Shown: one piece after another, positions 49,377 through 62,432 of the stretch
Numbering within the stretch: the first letter of the stretch is position 1
How the letters are laid out: the number at the start of each line of letters is the position of its first letter
Source of the DNA: Magallana gigas
Taxonomy: Eukaryota
DNA length: 64,000 bases
NCBI RefSeq assembly: GCF_963853765.1
Contig: NC_088859.1
Location: 19,158,001-19,222,000, forward strand
Reading direction: 5' to 3'
The notes under the pieces: generated by a model
What the model was told of the DNA's origin: nothing
The model's database searches: none
Seen by the model: only the letters and a program-made list of their open reading frames with translations
Position numbers and translations under genes: made by a program

Positions 49377-52300
49377 TTTTCTTAATTGCTTTCTTGACAT
49401 ATTCTATGAAATCGAAATTAAAAAAAAATGCATGGCTGGATATTTAGATGAGCGAGCAAGGATGAAAAATCTAAACTAACGTGGATGATTATAAATTCAT
49501 GTCCTTTTCCTCTGTTGCCGCTGACAGGAAAAACGCACACTTTTCTTGTTTTATTTCAAACCACTGATTGGGTATTTATTCTAAAATTCTTTATTCTAAA
49601 TATTGTTTTTTTAGGTCAAATTTCACAATAATTTTTATCACTTTTTTATCACTTTATCATTATTTAATCTGTCGTGTTAAAAAAGTAAGAAATTAAAAAC
49701 GCTAGTGTATGCATATTTATTTGCACATTTTAAACCTATGAAGTATCTGCCTAATGGTTAACCTGTTAACTCGCCCTTCACTTTCCGCCGCTTGGTGTTT
49801 TATAGGACCGACGATATCCAAAAATATAAGCATTCAATGCTTATATCTATATTCACACTGATGTCTGTTTGTATGAAATATATCAGTATCGTTGCTTCAG
49901 AGCCATTATATACGCTCTCAGTCAGGGATATGAAACATACATGGAATAGCCATATTAACATTTTATTTAGTTTGCTTCCGCGACTAAAAAATTAGTGCCA
50001 GAAGCTTTATACAGAATTTTTTTTATCAAGAAATAGATATAATTTAATGATTAATTTCAAAAGTATATATCAGATTGGTTAAGTAAGGTAGAACGTTTCA
50101 TTTAATCTTACAAAAATATGTATACTCAAAACACGTGATGACGTTTATATTTGTGCTCATGGCGCATGAATCAGCAAAGTGTATTCATAAAAAAATTGAA
50201 CGTCGCAGATTTCAAATGCAAACATTAGGGGAAAACTTCACTGAATGTAAATATTTTTCAATAATTATGTACATGTAACAGGTAAAAAAGTTAAAGATTA
50301 CTGACATCATATCCTACGTGTTGAAATACTAAAGGTCTAAGCAGTTACTCTGGTGTTGGCGTTTCGTAGTTTAATTGGCGAAATGTCTTAATTTATAAGT
50401 ATAGATGTTACAATGAAAGAAATGTAAGATGCTGAAAAGTATTTTCATAAAAAAGGCAATTTGTGTTTAGCACTACACAAAGATTTATCATGATGATGAT
50501 AATACTGTTTACTGTTTTTACTTTGATGATAGGCTTGTTCATTTGTTTAAATCAATTGTAAGGACAGTAAAATTGGTCGATAATTAAGCAGTAAGGCCGA
50601 TCGATAAGTGGCCGGTTTACGGAAGATAACAGCAGTCAGTTCTTTTAATTGCGGCCAGTTTACAGAATAGACAAGATCCGGATTGCACAACATTTTTTAA
50701 ACAAAACATGATTGCATAATATTTGACTTTTTTGCTTTGCCCTTTTGACGATTGTGATATTATACATATCAGGGAAAGCGTCAGAACCGGCACTATTACG
50801 AAAACTGAAAGTTCACCTCCTCCATATATCTTTGGTGATTATAGTGAGCAGTTCCTGTTTTTGAAAAAGGGAAGAGTTTAATGCAAAGATAGAAACAAAT
50901 ACTTAGGAATCACAAAAATACCGGAAAGATCCGTTTATTTTGGGTAAGGTTCACACTCGTAAGTGTGTACTCTAAGGAAATTTATTATCACAGTTGTTGA
51001 AATCAATAGCAAGGACAGTAAATTTGATCGATAATTGAGCAGTTATTACCCGCATAAGGCCGATCGATAAGTGGCCTGATGACGGTAGCTGGAGGTCTGT
51101 AGCCCCCGGACTGATAAAATTCGGATGGACCGGAAGCTACAGATCTGTAGCTAGGGTTATGGGAGATAACTCTTACTAATTATAAGCAGTCGGTTTTTTC
51201 ATCGCAGCCAGTTAACAGAATAGACAATATTCGGATTGCAAACAAATTTTAAAACCTAAAAAAAAAAGACAATGTCAAGGGACATGCCGGAAGGCACAAC
51301 ATCTAGATCAAACAAGTTTTACTGTACATGTTATCTTAAGAAATAACATGATGAAATGAAATGAAATAAATATCTATTGATTTAATTCGAAATTGTTTAC
51401 TCAGATTAAGATTAAATTAAATATGTACCAGTTGGACATTACTCACTACCGTTGAAGAAATGGTCTCGCTTTAAACAGTTTATAATTCAAATGTCTACTC
51501 TGTTAGAACTATTTTCACGGTATAGTAGACATGTTTACCTCTGTCTTAACAAGACACGATTCAATCTTAACTAGACATCATGAAGATGAATACACTCTCA
51601 AAGATCGAGTCTCGCTTTTCTGTTTATTAAATTGGATGAAACGCATTTTAAAGGATTTTGCTTTGATCTTTGTTTATTACTTAGAAACTTTAAGATTGCC
51701 ATAGGATATCAATTCCAGGTTATTACCTCTTACCAACAGGCATATGATATGACCTTGATCTTTTATAAAGAACGTTATTAGATAGTATTGCAGATCATTT
51801 GACAAAAGAGGCTCTGTAGGTGAAGTGTGACTGAACAAAGGAGAGAACATGAATGACAAAGACAAAGATTTTTAGATAATTTCGTTATGACTTTAACTTA
51901 AGACCTAGAAAACTTTGTTTAAGAGGGCTCCATTGTTGTGGCCATTTTTAGACTATATTGAACTCATAAAGAAAATCTCTATAAAAAATCTAAATTTTAA
52001 CCCATATGATAGGGCTAAAGGAAAGTAAGTGCTCTGAAAAGAAGATCTTTGAGTGATGGGATATAACATGAACGTTTGACCAAAAAAAGTCAATAAGGAT
52101 CACTAAACACCATTTGACCAATTGGACTCTGTGGGTAAGGTATATGCCAGATTGGACCAAAGAGAGAGAATGTTGATACGGGCAAAACAAAGATAATTCT
52201 GTTTAGAAATTTGGTTCAAGATCATTTTAACTTCTGAACATAGTTTATACATGTGTGTACATGTTTTAGTATTTTAACATAATCTCTAACAATTGCCTTC

Positions 52301-53310
52301 AATATGTTATGGATTATGTTATTCATATGTTATGGATATGTTATTATATAAATTTAAAGTATACCCTAAAATTGCTACCATATTCAACTTTTTTGTGAAG
52401 ATGATGTTTCAGGGAATTATGATGCTGTAACTATACTGTTTACCTCCGTCAAACCTTCCACCAAAGTTTGAAGGAATTTTTACACAGACTACTCCTTATA
52501 AATGAACTACTACATGTCATTATCAATGAACAAGTACATGACACATGATTAAACAGATTTTAAAAATGAAGGCCATGTTTAGATTACTTGGGTACTTAAT
52601 ATACAGTTAATGTGTTCCATTAGATTCTATTAAGATCGCTCACTACACCTGGAAATAGTTTCTCAAATCAGTAGAAAATTACTTGATTATGATAAAGCAT
52701 GTAAGATAAAAAGTTTATGTCATATATGCGAAAGAATGAAAAAAAATTGAATAAAAAATTACATTTTCAAAATTCTAATTTAGTAGATGGGAACAAAAAA
52801 ACCAGGTGGATTCGAACTTCTCATGATCTGCGGTCGACAAGCCCGCTACTTTAATCACTAAGCTTTGGCGTTGTCGACACAATCGATTAGTAAAACAATC
52901 TAACAAAACATTTACATCACCATCTTGTGACGTAGTGACTTAAAAAATATAAATCTCGATGTAGTGAGCTACCTTTTTACCTTAAAGGCCTTTTTCGATT
53001 GACAAAACACATATTTTATATGTTGTACAGTAAATATTTAATTCAATGTGAGAAATATTCAGCTTTAACACATTTTTCCGTTACATGTACCTCTTTTATC
53101 TCAACATTCATAATTTATCAAAGCTGATATATATACATGTAAGCTACATGTAAAAGTGTTCAACTGTCAGATCAGATACATACGATTGCCAGCACTACGT
53201 GACAATGTGAACTCTCTGATGACGCATTGACGCTGCAAAATTGTTAAGGTCAACAAATCTCGTTCGTTCACCTTGCTTAATGGGGAAATCTTGGGCCGCA
53301 AAGGTCTTAG
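49377..53310. repeat. Internal segmental duplication, copy 2
   Basis: Paralog of 38890-47700. Confidence 0.85.
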
Positions 53311-53544
53311 TTCGACAAACATCAACATTGAAATTTTTTAACCACAAATTGGATGTTCTTAAAACCTTGGCTTTGAGATATTCAATTTATGAAATCTGGT
53401 GATAACGAACATAACTTTATCTAGTGTTTAAATCAAAAGTCAAAATTAAAGGAAAAACACAAAACTGGATCAAAGCAAACATGGACCTCTAATCAAAATT
53501 AGAGGTAGAATCAGGTGCCATATAGGAGTGTACGGTGTTCCGAT

Positions 53545-53640
53545 GTGGCCACTTCGACCATCGCAACTTCGCACTTTCGCCCCTTCGCCGTCGCACCTTC
53601 GTACTTTCGCCTGCGCAATATCGCACTCTCGCACCTCGAC
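53545..53640. repeat. Degenerate TTCGCAC-type short tandem array
   Basis: cttcgacc atcgcaac ttcgcact ttcgcccc ttcgccg tcgcacc ttcgtact ttcgcc. Not present in unit A. Confidence 0.7.
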
Positions 53641-54069
53641 CTAAAGGTCGAATGTTAAATTGAGACTTGCAGTTATTTGAGGCTCATGAATGTTGCTAAA
53701 ACTCATGAAATTATTTTATATGATTATCATTAGTTAGAACGTCTCTTGTTGAAATTTATTTGCAATATGTAGGCCCCTAGTGTTAAATACTGAAAAAACT
53801 TAGGGAAAATGCAGAACTTGCGGCTATGACTGTTGTGTTGACTTTACTAAGTGATATTGCAAGTTACAGACGGGAGGTAAAAGAACACGAAAAGTAAGCG
53901 ATTGGGACATAGTAAACTATACACCGGTAAGTTTCTGATATGTGATAGTGCAACATGCACACAGTAAGGAACGTCACCTTAAATATACCTACATATCGAG
54001 TTGGAATCCACAGCGAGTAATTTCTTTTTTCTTTTCATGGTTTAAGTCTTTGAATAAATTCTGCTTTAT

Positions 54070-54545
54070 GTGAATATAGAAATAGGTCTGTTAACAATGA
54101 TGCGCAATCCGTAACCTCAGGATTGTTGGAAGACCTGATTTCCAAAAAACTACATAGATGTTGTCTATTAGAAAAGCAAGCATCTTTTTATATCATCTTT
54201 AGAGTATTTGTGTACGCAATCCGAATGGTTATTAACCAAAATTATTTTGTAAATAACCGATGACAAGGTAAATAAAATTACGAGATCCATTTCCATTGTA
54301 AAAGCAACTATTTATGATGTCAAAAAGCATGAACTTTAATTTATCGTGGGGAATGGTTGTATAAAGTGTAAAAAAAAAAAAAGTCGTAACTTTTGATGCT
54401 ATTGATTTTAGTAAAAAAAAAATCAAATTTTCTAAAAGTTCCTTACAATTTTTAAATACCCACATCTGATTTGCACCGCTTCTTGAATATTATGTTGTAC
54501 AATACTCATAAAGTCTCTTCTTTACTGTTGTTAATATTCTAGTAA
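54070..54545 (-). mobile_element. Penelope-like RT core fragment, unit B
   Basis: ORF 54232-54465 contains TLYTTIPHDKLK. Orthologous to 14880-15330. Confidence 0.7.
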
Positions 54546-55398
54546 GGAGTGAAGAAACATTTACTGGAACCTACTATGTATCTTTGTATGTTAAGATTTT
54601 TATGAAGTTTAGGTATCCAATAGAAGTAAGGTAATTCAAATTCACTTTTATTGTCAGGAATATTGAAAATATTTAAAACTGACATGATATGAGTTTGAAA
54701 CATTTCCTCCATAAAAATGAGCTATGAGTAAAAGTAGGATTGCCACTTGTCGAATTAAATCTAAGTTCTTCTAAAATACAGTTTATATATTGAGCCTTAC
54801 AAAAACAATGTTGTTTTCTGCTTTGTCAGCATTATTACATTATTTACAATTTATTACAATTATGAATGATGCTGTATTTTTCAGAAGCTCTAATTCCAAT
54901 AAAAAGGATTGATAAAGAATTTGGATCAAAACAACATTAATTAGTTATCAATGGTTAGAGTAACTCGTTGAAGAGCATTTATCTATCACTATCTCGATAT
55001 ATTAAGGCTTAATTACCATATAAAAAAAATAGTATTATTGATTTTCAAAAATAAATTTTTACTTTCAATTAAAGCAATTCCAATGCTCTTTCATGTTACA
55101 TTGAAATTTAAATCAATATTTTGAATAGTGTTCTCATATACTAGAATCACAGCTCATATTTCTTTTTATAATGTAGCTTATGTGTGTTCAAAAGGCTAAA
55201 TAAAATGTCGTTACTCGGCACAAAGAGCAGCTGTTGTCACTATGTTACCAATCTTCAATTTCACATATAACCATGTACCGAGCTTGACTGCTAAAAGTGA
55301 CTGCTATATGTTCATCATAAGACCAACAATCACTTCACTTCAACACTCGGGGAACCTTTGACCCTGGGAAATATAATTTCGAGTTCACAATCATGGTA

Positions 55399-55729
55399 CA
55401 GGCACGAAGTATCAGGGGGGCCAGGGGGCCTGCCCCCCCCCCTTCTTTTGCGCACCAAAATTTTTTCTTAAATTTACATACAAAAAATTGAATTAACATG
55501 GAGTCCCCCCCCCACTTTTCTGTGACCATGTATAAATTGATTTGAAAAGAAGGAAATAAGCAGTGAATTGAAGTGAAAAGTATACCCCCCCCCCCCGGGA
55601 TTAGGATTTTCAGGATTTTGAAAAGTCACCTTTTTCCTTTTTTTGTTCGTTTTTTTTTTTTGGTTGTCAAGTTTTTTTTTGGACGAGTCTGCATCCCCCT
55701 CCTACTTTCAAAAACGATGCTACGTGCCT
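55399..55729. mobile_element. MITE, hAT-like
   Basis: TIR caggcacgaagtatc / gatgctacgtgcct with atggta duplicated at both flanks. Empty site aattatggtagaag in unit A at about 16203-16218. Confidence 0.75.
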
Positions 55730-58700
55730 ATGGTAGAAGTTTTCATTTCCCATCTTTACATTACACTTAGTTTGCCTGCTAGATTCCCATAGGTAGAGGA
55801 TTTTTTTAAAAGAAAAAACACACATTTACTATATTACCACTGTGACACATCCTATCTCTAAAACCCATTTTGCTATTTCTATACCTCAAAACAGCATCCC
55901 AAGAAAGATAACTCATATTTTGATGCCGGAGTATAGAGAAGGGTTGATTTCCCATTTTTTTTTCATACCCATAAATTCATGTTATGGAAAGAAATGTGCT
56001 ATGCGCATTGCAGTATAAAGACCTAAATTTTCCAACGAGAACAAAACAGTCATGCTGTACAGTATGTTGAAGACATGTAGCAGAGAATGTTGGATCGGAA
56101 TTCTCAGACATTTCGTTTTGTTTTTGAAATTTCTCCAGCAGCATTGTTTCCGGTTTTGACAATTGGACGAGTAAGTAGTTGAAAACAGTATGCTTATGGT
56201 TTGTTGAAATAACAGTTAAATATTTAAACTTAAATATGTTTTATTTTGTATTAATGTTTTAACATTTCTAAGGTTCTGTACTTTTTCAAAATTTTTAAAG
56301 AATTCTTTCGAAAAAGTAACCACATTTGATTTACAACATAATCTTATGTACACCAAGAGGCCAAAAATTATTCAATGTTTGATTTTCCATACATCATTGA
56401 AAACCAGTATTTCCACGATTTGCTGTTCACATCTCGATCGGTCTTTATAAGATGCAACTTTATGAGCATTGTTAATTATTTTCTTTGTAGTTCAAGGGCT
56501 TGTAACATTCATTTACTTAAAAATCAAAATCCGTTTTAGTTTATATCTTTTACCCAAGGATGACTTTATCTTAGTTTGTAAAAAAAATTAAAACAAATTA
56601 GATCCCATCAAAAGAATCCCCAATGTTTAGCAGCATATTAAATTTCCTTCTTGTAAATTGAACATTGGACTGTTACAACAAAATATCCAACCATTTTATT
56701 TTGAAATTTAATAAAATTACTATTCAATGTAATTTTTGAGCTGACATAGTGCAGAACAACTGTACAATAACATTAGAGTCTAATTCCCGGATAAAGCATT
56801 GTTTTCATTCACACTGTCAATTTCTTCGAGTTAAAAAAACGAGAAATGTGAAAGAGGAAATCCTGGATTCCCTAAAATGGGTATGTATGTTCAGGAAATT
56901 GACAAAAAGTGACAAAAATGGAAAATAGAAACGACTATAGTAACAATTAATCTAATATTATGATTGAAAAATTGTTGTATAAATGGAGGCTTTTAAAATC
57001 ACACAGATATGACCAAAGATTATAACTATCAAACGCGTTACTGGAAAGGTTTTAATGTTTTTAACATTTGCGTGTATAATTGGCAATTTGATAATCACTT
57101 GAATCCACAAATATAGCAAGAAGTCAAATATTTATATTATAATTTGTATCGTAATTTATCGTTTAAAACGATGATAATAAAAAATTAATGATGTATAATT
57201 AGAATCTAGAAACACTATTCAATATCTGCCCTCTTCCGTAATTAACAATATGACCTATTATTGTAATAGTTTGTATCTCACATATACCAGTTGATATGAT
57301 ATAAATGACAATAATAAACAGAATAAAATGTGTTTTATTGTACAAAGGCCTGTCCATTCTTTTCATCTCTTTTCAGACAAAACCAGAAATTAAAAACAGA
57401 GAGGAAACTAATCAATAATGATTTATCCAAACAGAAAATTCGATTCACCTATACAAGAAAGTGTTAGTTTTATTCATGTTGTTCTAAATAGAAATATATT
57501 ATAATACAAAATGTAGACTTTATGATTTTGTTTCTTAAAATATACTGGCGTGTGTGATGTGATTGTAATCGTTTAGTTATCTTGGCAAGTGACTGTGCGC
57601 TATTTACATACGTATTGCTAATACATGAAAAAGTGTTGAATTCTTAACATATGAAATGTAATCAACGACCAATTCAGTTACCTCTATCGTATATATTACA
57701 ATACCGATATCTACATGTATATATCTTTCCAACTCATACCACGAGTTATAGAACTTTGGGCACATAACATTGTCAATTTTGTCCTTTTTTTTCGTTTGCT
57801 TCGAATCATGAGTTGTTTACTACGTGTAATAAATACATTTTTGCCATATATTGTTGTTATTTATAGTATTATTATCAACGTAAAAAGAATTCATTGACAA
57901 AATATTATAAAAGGTTAATATGTCACAAAATACGATTCCGGAGACAAAAAAAAATTAATGAGCAATTAAGTTTATTTTAATTTCCATTGTAAAAAGTCAC
58001 ATTAACCCGATATATCTCATGTATTCATGTACAAACGAATTTTCGAAGCTTTAAGTGGCCAATGTACAATACGGAAGAAAAACCACAAATCAACATGCAA
58101 AAACGATATTTCAATGAGTCCCGTGAACTTGCATTTTTCTAACACCACACGTTTTACTGATTTAATACTTACAGGTTTGCTATTGAAGAACTGTGATTTA
58201 AAAAGGAACCTTTCAAAAACTATATTCAATGTTATTGAAATTATATACTTATACATATAGGATAACCTGACCTAAATTGTATTTTTGATAAAAAATCTAG
58301 GCTTATACAGAGGAAAGAACGTGTGTTATAGAACATATCGTGATATCAACCTATCCTCAATTTTGTAAAATCTGTTCAAAATAGTAGGTTTTTTTAATGT
58401 CGACTGATTCATTGTCACATTTTTTAGTCTACAATATTTTATTGATATACTGACAGTCTGACACAACAAATTGGTTGTAAAAATACCGATGTTTATAAAA
58501 TTTCTTTTTTGCTAATTGTATGGCCTAAGACTCCCTGACAAGAAATGACAATACATTGAATATTTTCTTATCATCGAAAAATGTTTTTTTCACCTGATTT
58601 TTCACTGTCTGGTGTGGCCTCCTTTCAATCTGGTTATAACCCTTAATCACCAATAATTTGGGGGTGGTGGTTATCGGCGAAGTGTTTACATATGTAACCA

Positions 58701-59639
58701 TAGAATGTGCAGAAATAAGCATGATGTAGAGGAATGGGGAGAGGATGCAACGCCTACTTTTGACGAAATAGGCACATAAGATTCGGGCACATACATTTCA
58801 AATATCTTATGTTTTCTAAGTTACATGGAATTTCTTATTATATATCTTAACGTAAGATTCGTTCAAATTACATTGAAATTCCAAATAATTGATTGTCATA
58901 CACACCAGCTTCTTCATAGCAAGCCATTTGTCTCGTCGCATTAATACAGAGGAAGTAAATTATTTCTATCAATTAAGCTTCATGTAACGTGAACATTGCC
59001 AAAATAAGTTTATCTTAACAATCAAATGTCAAGAAAAGGGTTTATTTAAGTACAATACGTCAAAACAACTTGCAAAGATATCAATACTTTGTTGTTGTTT
59101 TTTTTTGTCCTAAGATACATTATTTAAAAAAAAAAATCTTCACTTTACCAACCACGATAGAAAAATCCCATTCATGACATACATTGTATTTTATTAATTN
59201 NNNNNNNNNNNNNNNNNNNNNNNNNNNNNNNNNNNNNNNNNNNNNNNNNNNNNNNNNNNNNNNNNNNNNNNNNNNNNNNNNNNNNNNNNNNNNNNNNNNN
59301 NNNNNNNNNNNNNNNNNNNNNNNNNNNNNNNNNNNNNNNNNNNNNNNNNNNNNNNNNNNNNNNNNNNNNNNNNNNNGCAAATGATTCATTTTTTTCAAAA
59401 CAAATTAATTCTCTTCAAATGTAACTTTTCCAGGTTCTAAAGAATTGTTAATTAACTAGTAATAAATCATATTGTTAGACTATTTCAATGCCAGTTTAAT
59501 ACCTCTGACGGATGTTAATTTTTTTTCATTTTCTGGCCTCATACCATGTGATTATTAATCATCACAGGATATAAAGATCCAGGAAATAATATAAACAAGA
59601 CATTTAAAGTGTGTTTATATTACAAATGGAACATTCAAA

Positions 59640-59697
59640 ATGAAGTCTCTGTGGATATACATGTTAGTGATCCTTGTATCTGTCAAATATGTTGCAA
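59640..59697 (+). CDS. Gene C exon 1, signal peptide MKSLWIYMLVILVSVKYVA
   Basis: 58 nt, donor a|gtaagt. Both the exon and about 100 nt upstream are homologous to gene B exon 1. Confidence 0.85.
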
Positions 59698-60210
59698 GTA
59701 AGTATAATATATTAAGATTGTTAAGTCGAAACATGTAGTAGTAAAACAACAATATAAACAATATAGCATTTGTGATCTATCTTATAAATTCAGAAAAGCG
59801 AAATACAGCAATTAGATCTATAAGTGTGCATCTGTAAATGATAATTGTCTCCTGTCGAGAAATTTTATAATATTATACGTATTTCAATGTACTGCTCTTT
59901 GTTTTATAGTAATGTCAATGTGCAAAACTAACGAAATATATGAATAAACAATTTCAAAGTACGAATAAATACTGCTATCAAACTCCTCAGCACATATACA
60001 TGCTTTGATTCAGAAAGAAGGTTTAACTTATTTAAGTTTATTGCTCTTGAATTTTGTTTGTTTGTAGAGCAAATGTATAGAATTAGGACGAAATATACAT
60101 ATCTCTTTGTTACTTGATAGTTTAATAAAAATAACATTTTCTCTTCAGTGTTAGAAATTATGTTATTGTCGGTAGAACGTACTATAAGTGTGTATTTTTA
60201 AATATTGAAG

Positions 60211-60339
60211 GCCAGTGTATAGGCAGTGAGCCCTGTGATTGCCATTGTTTTTGCTGTTCCGCCGTATGCCTTACATCTTTCAACTGCACTTCTTGCGCTA
60301 ATGGATGGAGCGGCACAACAAGCAATGGCTGTCAAAGAC
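60211..60339 (+). CDS. Gene C exon 2, 10-Cys mini-domain (SQCIGSEPCDCHCFCC...CANGWSG...CQR)
   Basis: Acceptor attgaag|, donor c|gtgagt, 129 nt, phase 1-1. Paralog of 20352-20480. Confidence 0.85.
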
Positions 60340-61396
60340 GTGAGTAGAATGTGTCATGTTCTTAAAAATTAGCTATGTAACTGTAACATGTTTATGACAN
60401 NNNNNNNNNNNNNNNNNNNNNNNNNNNNNNNNNNNNNNNNNNNNNNNNNNNNNNNNNNNNNNNNNNNNNNNNNNNNNNNNNNNNNNNNNNNNNNNNNNNN
60501 NNNNNNNNNNNNNNNNNNNNNNNNNNNNNNNNNNNNNNNNNNNNNNNNNTGCATTAATCACGAAATTATCTTTATTTAAACAAAAGTTTTTATGAATGGT
60601 AATTGCATAAAATGTTTTGGGAAAAACTGTCGATACAATAGATAGTAGCACTGAAATCACACAGTAAAAGCAATTTGGCCCTCGCACCATATTATATCAA
60701 TATAAGTAATTTTAAAGTGATCACCTAAGTAACATGAACAAAATTTGTTCCCTTAAGCAATATTTTTGAAAATGATATATAGCACTTGACACTTACAGAA
60801 AATTAGAAAATGGAATATTGTGAAGAATTGATGCAGATGACCTTTAATGTAGATATGCACACTTTTAAAAAATCACCATAATGACTTAAACCGTAAGGAG
60901 AATTTTTTTATGCATGTTGAAATACAAGTAGTTTAAAGGTTGTATATATAAAACAAATAAGAACTTGTTAAAATTTTTAGTTTAAAGGCAATTTGCAAAA
61001 ACATTTAACTAAAATCACCAAAGCATGAATTCAATGTTTTTATGCTACTTTTAAAAGCTCTTTAAAAACAAAACGACTGTATAAAAATGTAAATCTATCT
61101 TAAAAAGCTAGGCTCGATATTGTAAAAAAAATGCACTAGTAGTCTGTTTAGGTTTACATAGCTAAAATGGGTTTTAACTCATCCATTCCGATATATTTAG
61201 ATAGATAGATAGATCGATCGATCGATCGATAGACTTTTATGGCATTTAGATCGTCTAAAATAGGGAACTAATTTCCTAAACATCAACCAAACTCTTTAAG
61301 CGGCGATTTCATTAGCTATCTAAAAAAGTTTATCTGGGTTAAGTTCGTATGTATAAGTACTATATATACAGTACCGATCAGACCCAACTGAATAGA

Positions 61397-61773
61397 AAGT
61401 AAACCTCATCTAAACCCTGGGTTTACTTTCTGGGTTTACTCCATGTTTATTAGAGTGGACCCAGAGTAAACCCAAAGTAAACCCAGAGTGGACACAGAGA
61501 GTAAACCGATCAGAAGTATATCCCTGAAAGCAGACACTACATGTGTATTCGGAATATACATGGGGCAGGAATTACAGACAGTAATATGGTAAGATAAAAT
61601 ACAGGTCTGCTTAACACTTAAGTGCGTATAGTTGACCCAAAAATCAATTCTTGAGTAAACCCAAAGTAAATCCCGAGTAAACCCAAAGTTAACCCAAAGT
61701 GGACCCAAATTTTCAAAAAGTAAAGCCGGAGTAAACCCAAAGTAAACCCAGAAAGTTAACCCGGGGTTTACTT
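61397..61773. mobile_element. MITE-like element built of GTAAACCC repeats
   Basis: About 33-bp imperfect TIR (aagtaaacc...ctgggtttactttctgggtttact / agtaaacccagaaagttaacccggggtttactt) and many internal gtaaaccc(a/g)aa units. Confidence 0.65.
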
Positions 61774-62127
61774 GGAAACTGTTTTAATAAAGTCTTTTTT
61801 ATTTACTCGTGTCTGAAAAACTATCTAAATTGATGTAGATTTTATATAAATCATCGTAAAAGGAGGGGGCCACAGAACGTAGTTACAACATATCATCCTT
61901 GTAACTTTTTGTACAAGTATTTAAAGTTTAGCGAGACATTTCTAATGATCAATCAAAATTTCAGTGTCAATTGTAGAATTATAAGCAAAATACATAGCTC
62001 ACAATTCTGCTAGGTTTAAATCATTTTTGTTCACATGAGTTTATTACATTCAAATTAAGATTTTTTAACTTGGTATTTCCTATTCAGCACCTAAAATGTA
62101 AACAAAAATGGCACCAGCTCTGTGTAC

Positions 62128-62257
62128 TGTTGTGTCTCATGAAATCAGGAATTTATAAATCGGAAGTACAATTACTTTATTAAGTTTAATTTAGAACCCA
62201 GCACGATAAACACATATAAATCCGTATAACAATACATACATGACACCCTCCTTCTTT
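62128..62257 (-). mobile_element. Polypurine tract and probable short 3' LTR of the Gypsy element
   Basis: PPT aaagaaggaggg (62246-62257) directly precedes TGTCA at 62245. AATAAA inside. Candidate end ..acaaCA at 62128 is uncertain. Confidence 0.5.
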
Positions 62258-62432
62258 AAAAAGATAGCGTTACTGCCAATCATGTCAATCCTAAACTTCA
62301 ATTATGAGCATGATAATGAATTGGGGTATGTTAAGAAGCATTTGTAATAGAACAAAATTGACAATATAAACATTTCCAATATCTTTGAAAATGTTGCTGT
62401 AAACACTTTAAAACGACGCAATGGCTAATTGT

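Noticed and set aside
51076-51153. CTGATGA followed by a hairpin, a possible second hammerhead
   Set aside because: There is no properly placed GAAA or stem I/III, the paralog at about 42075 reads CGGATGA, and the hairpin is better explained as a small MITE.
53545-53640. Short regularly spaced repeats (also 48061-48335 and 61397-61773) as a CRISPR array
   Set aside because: Eukaryotic context, no unique spacers between conserved repeats, and no cas genes.
1-57900. Whole A/B duplication as two haplotypes assembled in tandem
   Set aside because: Most of the unit is only about 75-85% identical, with different TE insertions and different lectin exons, which is too divergent for alleles. An artefact remains possible only for the near-identical 5.4-kb block.
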